Source of the DNA: an uncultured Spirochaetota bacterium | Lineage (GTDB): Bacteria > Spirochaetota > Spirochaetia > SZUA-6 > CAVTHK01 | DNA: 64,000 nt | Reading direction: 5' to 3' | Assembly: GCA_963734495.1 (NCBI GenBank) | Contig: CAVTHK010000013.1 | Coordinates: 416,001-480,000, forward strand | In this document: positions 60,946 through 64,000 of the stretch, piece by piece | How positions within the stretch are numbered: position 1 is the stretch's first letter | How the letters are laid out: each line of letters begins with the position of its first letter | The notes under the pieces: model-generated | The model's database searches: none | What the model saw: the letters and a program-made list of their open reading frames with translations, nothing else | Told to the model about the DNA's origin: nothing | Program-made: the position numbers and the translations under genes

Positions 60946-61389
60946 GTGGTAGGCGGACTCTGGGCGCGTCCCCGCCAAGAGTTGCCTGCTGCGGGGCGGG
61001 GACCGGGCTGCTCCGGGCTCCGCTATCGCTTCGGTCCTCGCCCGCCGTCGCTGCGAGCCACACGGTTCACCTCACCACGCGGGCTCGGACCCGCTTCGGC
61101 CGCGCAGACGCGGCCTCGCGGCCCTCCGCATCCCGCGCGCAGAGATCAGAACGCCACCCTTCGTGGTCCGCACCATGGGCGCGTCCCCGCCGCATTCACG
61201 ACCTACCGCGATCTGTCACTGTCACCCGCGCGTGTGCATGGGCCGTAGAGTTGGTATCTGCGAGCCTCGGCGAACGATCTCGGCATCGCGTCAGGTGCCT
61301 GCGGGATGCGCACTTCCACCGCCTCCACGCGCAACTGGCGCCCCAGGGTGAGGTGCTCAGGCCCGCGATGGCTCGCTCCGAGCCGCGCC

Positions 61390-62655
61390 CTACCGCCCCT
61401 TGCGCACCGTGATGCCCGCCTCCTCGAAGCCTTCGCGCACGGCGCGCATCAGGTGGGCGGGCGCCGTGTCGTAGCTCGCGATCGTCGTGCCGTCGGCGCC
61501 GCACTGCGCGGACATCAGGATCGTCTCCTTGATGAGCTCGGGCGTCGCCTTGACGCGCTGCGACAGCGCGGTCACGAAGTGCTTGTCGAGCCCGACAGCC
61601 CTGCGGACAAAGTGATAGAAGCCGCGCTTGACCTTCATGAGCTCCGGGTCCCCGTCCTGCTCGAGGTAATCCGCTGCGCGGATCGAGTCGAACCAGCGGC
61701 TCATCGCCCGCAGGTCGAAGCCTTCCATCTCGGGGTACACCCAGCAGTCGTTGAAACGCACGTCGATCCCGGGCTTCGCCGCGTGCGCGGCGGTGTGGAT
61801 CTCCTTGTAGAAGCGGGTGTACGAGTCGCAGCGGAACCGGAACCAGGCGAGGTACTCGGGCATCTCGGTAAAGAGCTGCGAAGCGGTCATCGTGCTCGCG
61901 AGGGTCAGCGAGAGCTCGAAGGCCTGCTTCGCGTTGTACCGGTTGTGCCCGTCGGCGATCCAGCGCAGGCGGTCGACGATCGCGCTCCAGTCGAGCCCTT
62001 GCGCCTCCGCCGCCTGCCGGCAGTGATCGCAGAAGCAGGCGCCCAGCGGCAGCCTCACCAACCGCTGCACCTCGCTGATCTTTTCCCGGTAGCTGGGAGC
62101 CCCCGCGAATCCCCGGAAGCAGGTCTGGATGAAGTCGAGGTCGTATCGGGTCGCGAGCTCCGTGTAGAGGGCGCGGGCGTAGGCCACCGTGTCCGGGTGG
62201 TTGACGCACATAACCGTGGCGAACGGCTTGCCGTAGATGTCGCGCTGGAGAGAGTCGGAGAACTGCGTCCGCAGCCTCTCCTTGTCCACCCACGTGTGCG
62301 AGAGCTCGACGCCGGCCTTGAGGCCGCGCCTGCGGGCGAGGTCCACGGAGAACTGGACCCAGTCCACGCCCTGCAGGTCGGGGTCTTCGGACGGCAGCGG
62401 CTTGATGCGGCTCGCCTTGTAGAACGCGGGGTCGAACTTCCAGTAGGCGCGCGAGTCCTCGGTCCAGTAGACCTTGCGCCGCGGGTTGTGAGGGTAATAG
62501 AACTCCGACAAGGGCCGCTTCTCGTCGTGCATCAGGATCACGGGGTAGATCGAGCTCACGAGCGCGTCGCGCTCCAGGTTGTCGATGATGTCGTCGGGCT
62601 TCTCGTCGACGTAGTCCCAGGGAAAGAGCCGCGCGCTTACTTCGCTGAAGATCAT
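61390..62655 (-). CDS. Hypothetical glycoside hydrolase-like TIM-barrel protein
   Basis: 'FPWD', 'PHNP', 'QRDIYG...MCVNHPD', 'YDLDFI', 'CFCDHC'; no signal peptide. Confidence 0.55.
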   Translation of the reverse strand: MIFSEVSARLFPWDYVDEKPDDIIDNLERDALVSSIYPVILMHDEKRPLSEFYYPHNPRRKVYWTEDSRAYWKFDPAFYKASRIKPLPSEDPDLQGVDWVQFSVDLARRRGLKAGVELSHTWVDKERLRTQFSDSLQRDIYGKPFATVMCVNHPDTVAYARALYTELATRYDLDFIQTCFRGFAGAPSYREKISEVQRLVRLPLGACFCDHCRQAAEAQGLDWSAIVDRLRWIADGHNRYNAKQAFELSLTLASTMTASQLFTEMPEYLAWFRFRCDSYTRFYKEIHTAAHAAKPGIDVRFNDCWVYPEMEGFDLRAMSRWFDSIRAADYLEQDGDPELMKVKRGFYHFVRRAVGLDKHFVTALSQRVKATPELIKETILMSAQCGADGTTIASYDTAPAHLMRAVREGFEEAGITVRKGR

Positions 62656-62702
62656 TCTGGTTCGCCTCCCGGCGAGACCGTATCAGCCGGGGCTCCCGCT
62701 AA

Positions 62703-63086
62703 TCAAGCCGGCGGCTCGCGCGCGATCTCGAACGCGGGCTGGAGGGCGCGGAGCGCGTCCTCCAGCCTTTCCGACCTCACCAGCACGTAGTCGGTGTCGT
62801 AGGTCGAGATCGCGAAGATGCTCACGGCTGCCCGCGCGAGCGGCTCGAGCACCGAAGCGAGGACGCCCGTCTCGCCGAACGGGATCGGCCCCTCCAGCTC
62901 GAGCACGGTCCAGCCGCGCTCGGCGCGGGCGTCGGGAGGCACGAGCCTGCATTCGCAGACTACCGACAGCTCGCGGCTGGAGCGCGTGACCGCTGCGAAT
63001 CGCGACCCTCGGCTCCACTCGGGGACCTCCGCAGCGGCGTCGAGCCGACAGACCGCGACTTCCATCGGCAGCACAAGGATCTTCAT
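62703..63086 (-). CDS. ACT-domain protein (CASTOR/ACT_7-like)
   Basis: 'VTRSSRELSVVC', 'GPIPFGETGVLA', 'SIFAISTYDTDYVLV'. Confidence 0.85.
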   Translation of the reverse strand: MKILVLPMEVAVCRLDAAAEVPEWSRGSRFAAVTRSSRELSVVCECRLVPPDARAERGWTVLELEGPIPFGETGVLASVLEPLARAAVSIFAISTYDTDYVLVRSERLEDALRALQPAFEIAREPPA

Positions 63087-64000
63087 CGCGCCCCCCGGAT
63101 TCCGGCGTGCTGCGCCCGCTCGCCGACCTCGCGCGCGAGCAGGTCCGCGAACGCGCCGGCGTCGAGCGAGACCTTCTCGCCGGTGTCGCGGTTGCTCACC
63201 GAAAGCCGCCGCGCCGCCGCCTCGGCCGCGCCGACGACGGCCACGTACGGGACGCGCAGCGCCCGCGCGTCGCGGACCCGGCGACCCAGGGTCTCCTCGC
63301 GCGCGTCCACCTCCGGGCGCAGCCCGCGCCCGCGCAGCTCGCCCTCGAGCTCGCGCGCGTAACTCTCGTGCGCGGACGCGACGGGAAGAAGCCGCACCTG
63401 CACGGGCGCGAGCCATGGCGGAAGGGCGCCTTCATACTTCTCCAGGAGGAACGCGATCGTCCGCTCCAGGCACCCGACCGAGGAGCGGTGGATCACCACG
63501 GGACGCGCACGGCTTCCGTCGCCGGCCGCGTACTCCAGGCCGAACCGCTCGGGCAGGACGAAGTCGACCTGTATGGTGAACAGCGTCTCCTCGCGGCCGT
63601 GGACCGTGCGCATCTCCACGTCGATCTTGGGACCGTAGAAGGCCGCCTCGCCCCGCGCAGCTTCGTACGGGAGACCGCGACGCCGCAGGACGTCGAGCAG
63701 GATCCCTTCAGCTTTGTCCCAGACTTCCTCGCTTCCGGCATAGCGGCTGTCGCCGGGCGAATGGAGCGAAGCCCGGTAGCGGCAATCCCCCTCGAAGCCG
63801 AGAGTGGCCATCACGTGCTGCACGAGATCGAGCACGCGATCGAGCTCCGCGGGGACCTGGTCGGGCCGGCACATGATGTGGGAATCGGCGAGGTGGAAGG
63901 CGAGCGCGCGCGCCAGGCCGTACAGCTCGCCCGATCGCTCGCGGCGGTAGAGCGGAGAAATCTCGGCGTAGCGCACGGGGAGCTCCCGGTACGAATGGGG
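63083..64000 (-). CDS. thrS: Threonine--tRNA ligase, C-terminal part (5' end outside window)
   Basis: 'SYRELPVRYAE', 'GEAAFYGPKID', 'TIQVDF', 'IHRSSVGCLER', 'PWLAPVQV', anticodon-binding domain. Confidence 0.93.
   Translation of the reverse strand, partial: PHSYRELPVRYAEISPLYRRERSGELYGLARALAFHLADSHIMCRPDQVPAELDRVLDLVQHVMATLGFEGDCRYRASLHSPGDSRYAGSEEVWDKAEGILLDVLRRRGLPYEAARGEAAFYGPKIDVEMRTVHGREETLFTIQVDFVLPERFGLEYAAGDGSRARPVVIHRSSVGCLERTIAFLLEKYEGALPPWLAPVQVRLLPVASAHESYARELEGELRGRGLRPEVDAREETLGRRVRDARALRVPYVAVVGAAEAAARRLSVSNRDTGEKVSLDAGAFADLLAREVGERAQHAGIRGAR

Overview
High-GC (roughly 70% by eye) bacterial chromosomal segment, probably from a free-living Spirochaetota-like anaerobe (inferred from solute-binding protein N-termini such as 'ANGKPE' and 'ASPSSE'; tentative). 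Many genes, including the conserved ychF, carry single-base frameshifts that look like long-read assembly errors, so gene models were rebuilt across frames. In order, the window holds: a URO-D-family gene; a family-5 ABC transporter operon interleaved with two ADP-ribosylglycohydrolase paralogues, followed by an enolase-superfamily dehydratase; a three-subunit xanthine dehydrogenase-family molybdoenzyme with divergent mocA; hsp20 behind a sigma-54 promoter; a metallophosphoesterase; tandem DUF4440 proteins; MFS, FAD oxidoreductase, serine hydrolase, aldo/keto reductase and ychF; a branched-chain 2-oxoacid:ferredoxin oxidoreductase-buk-ptb operon led by a Cys-rich orphan; a YidJ-like sulfatase; an internally deleted sugar ABC operon; a convergent HExxH peptidase / ATP-grasp ligase pair; a MoxR-DUF58-SpoIIM-RDD cluster; an aldehyde dehydrogenase; a GNAT + thiolase-fold + DUF35 operon; a 5'-nucleotidase; a Gfo/Idh/MocA + SelA-like pair; a type II secretion operon; a HEPN remnant; a glycoside hydrolase-like gene; an ACT protein; and the 3' part of thrS. 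No rRNA, tRNA, CRISPR array or transposase was seen. The best candidate for an undescribed system is the GNAT / thiolase / DUF35 operon (44029-46344), whose thiolase has Pro in place of the catalytic Cys.
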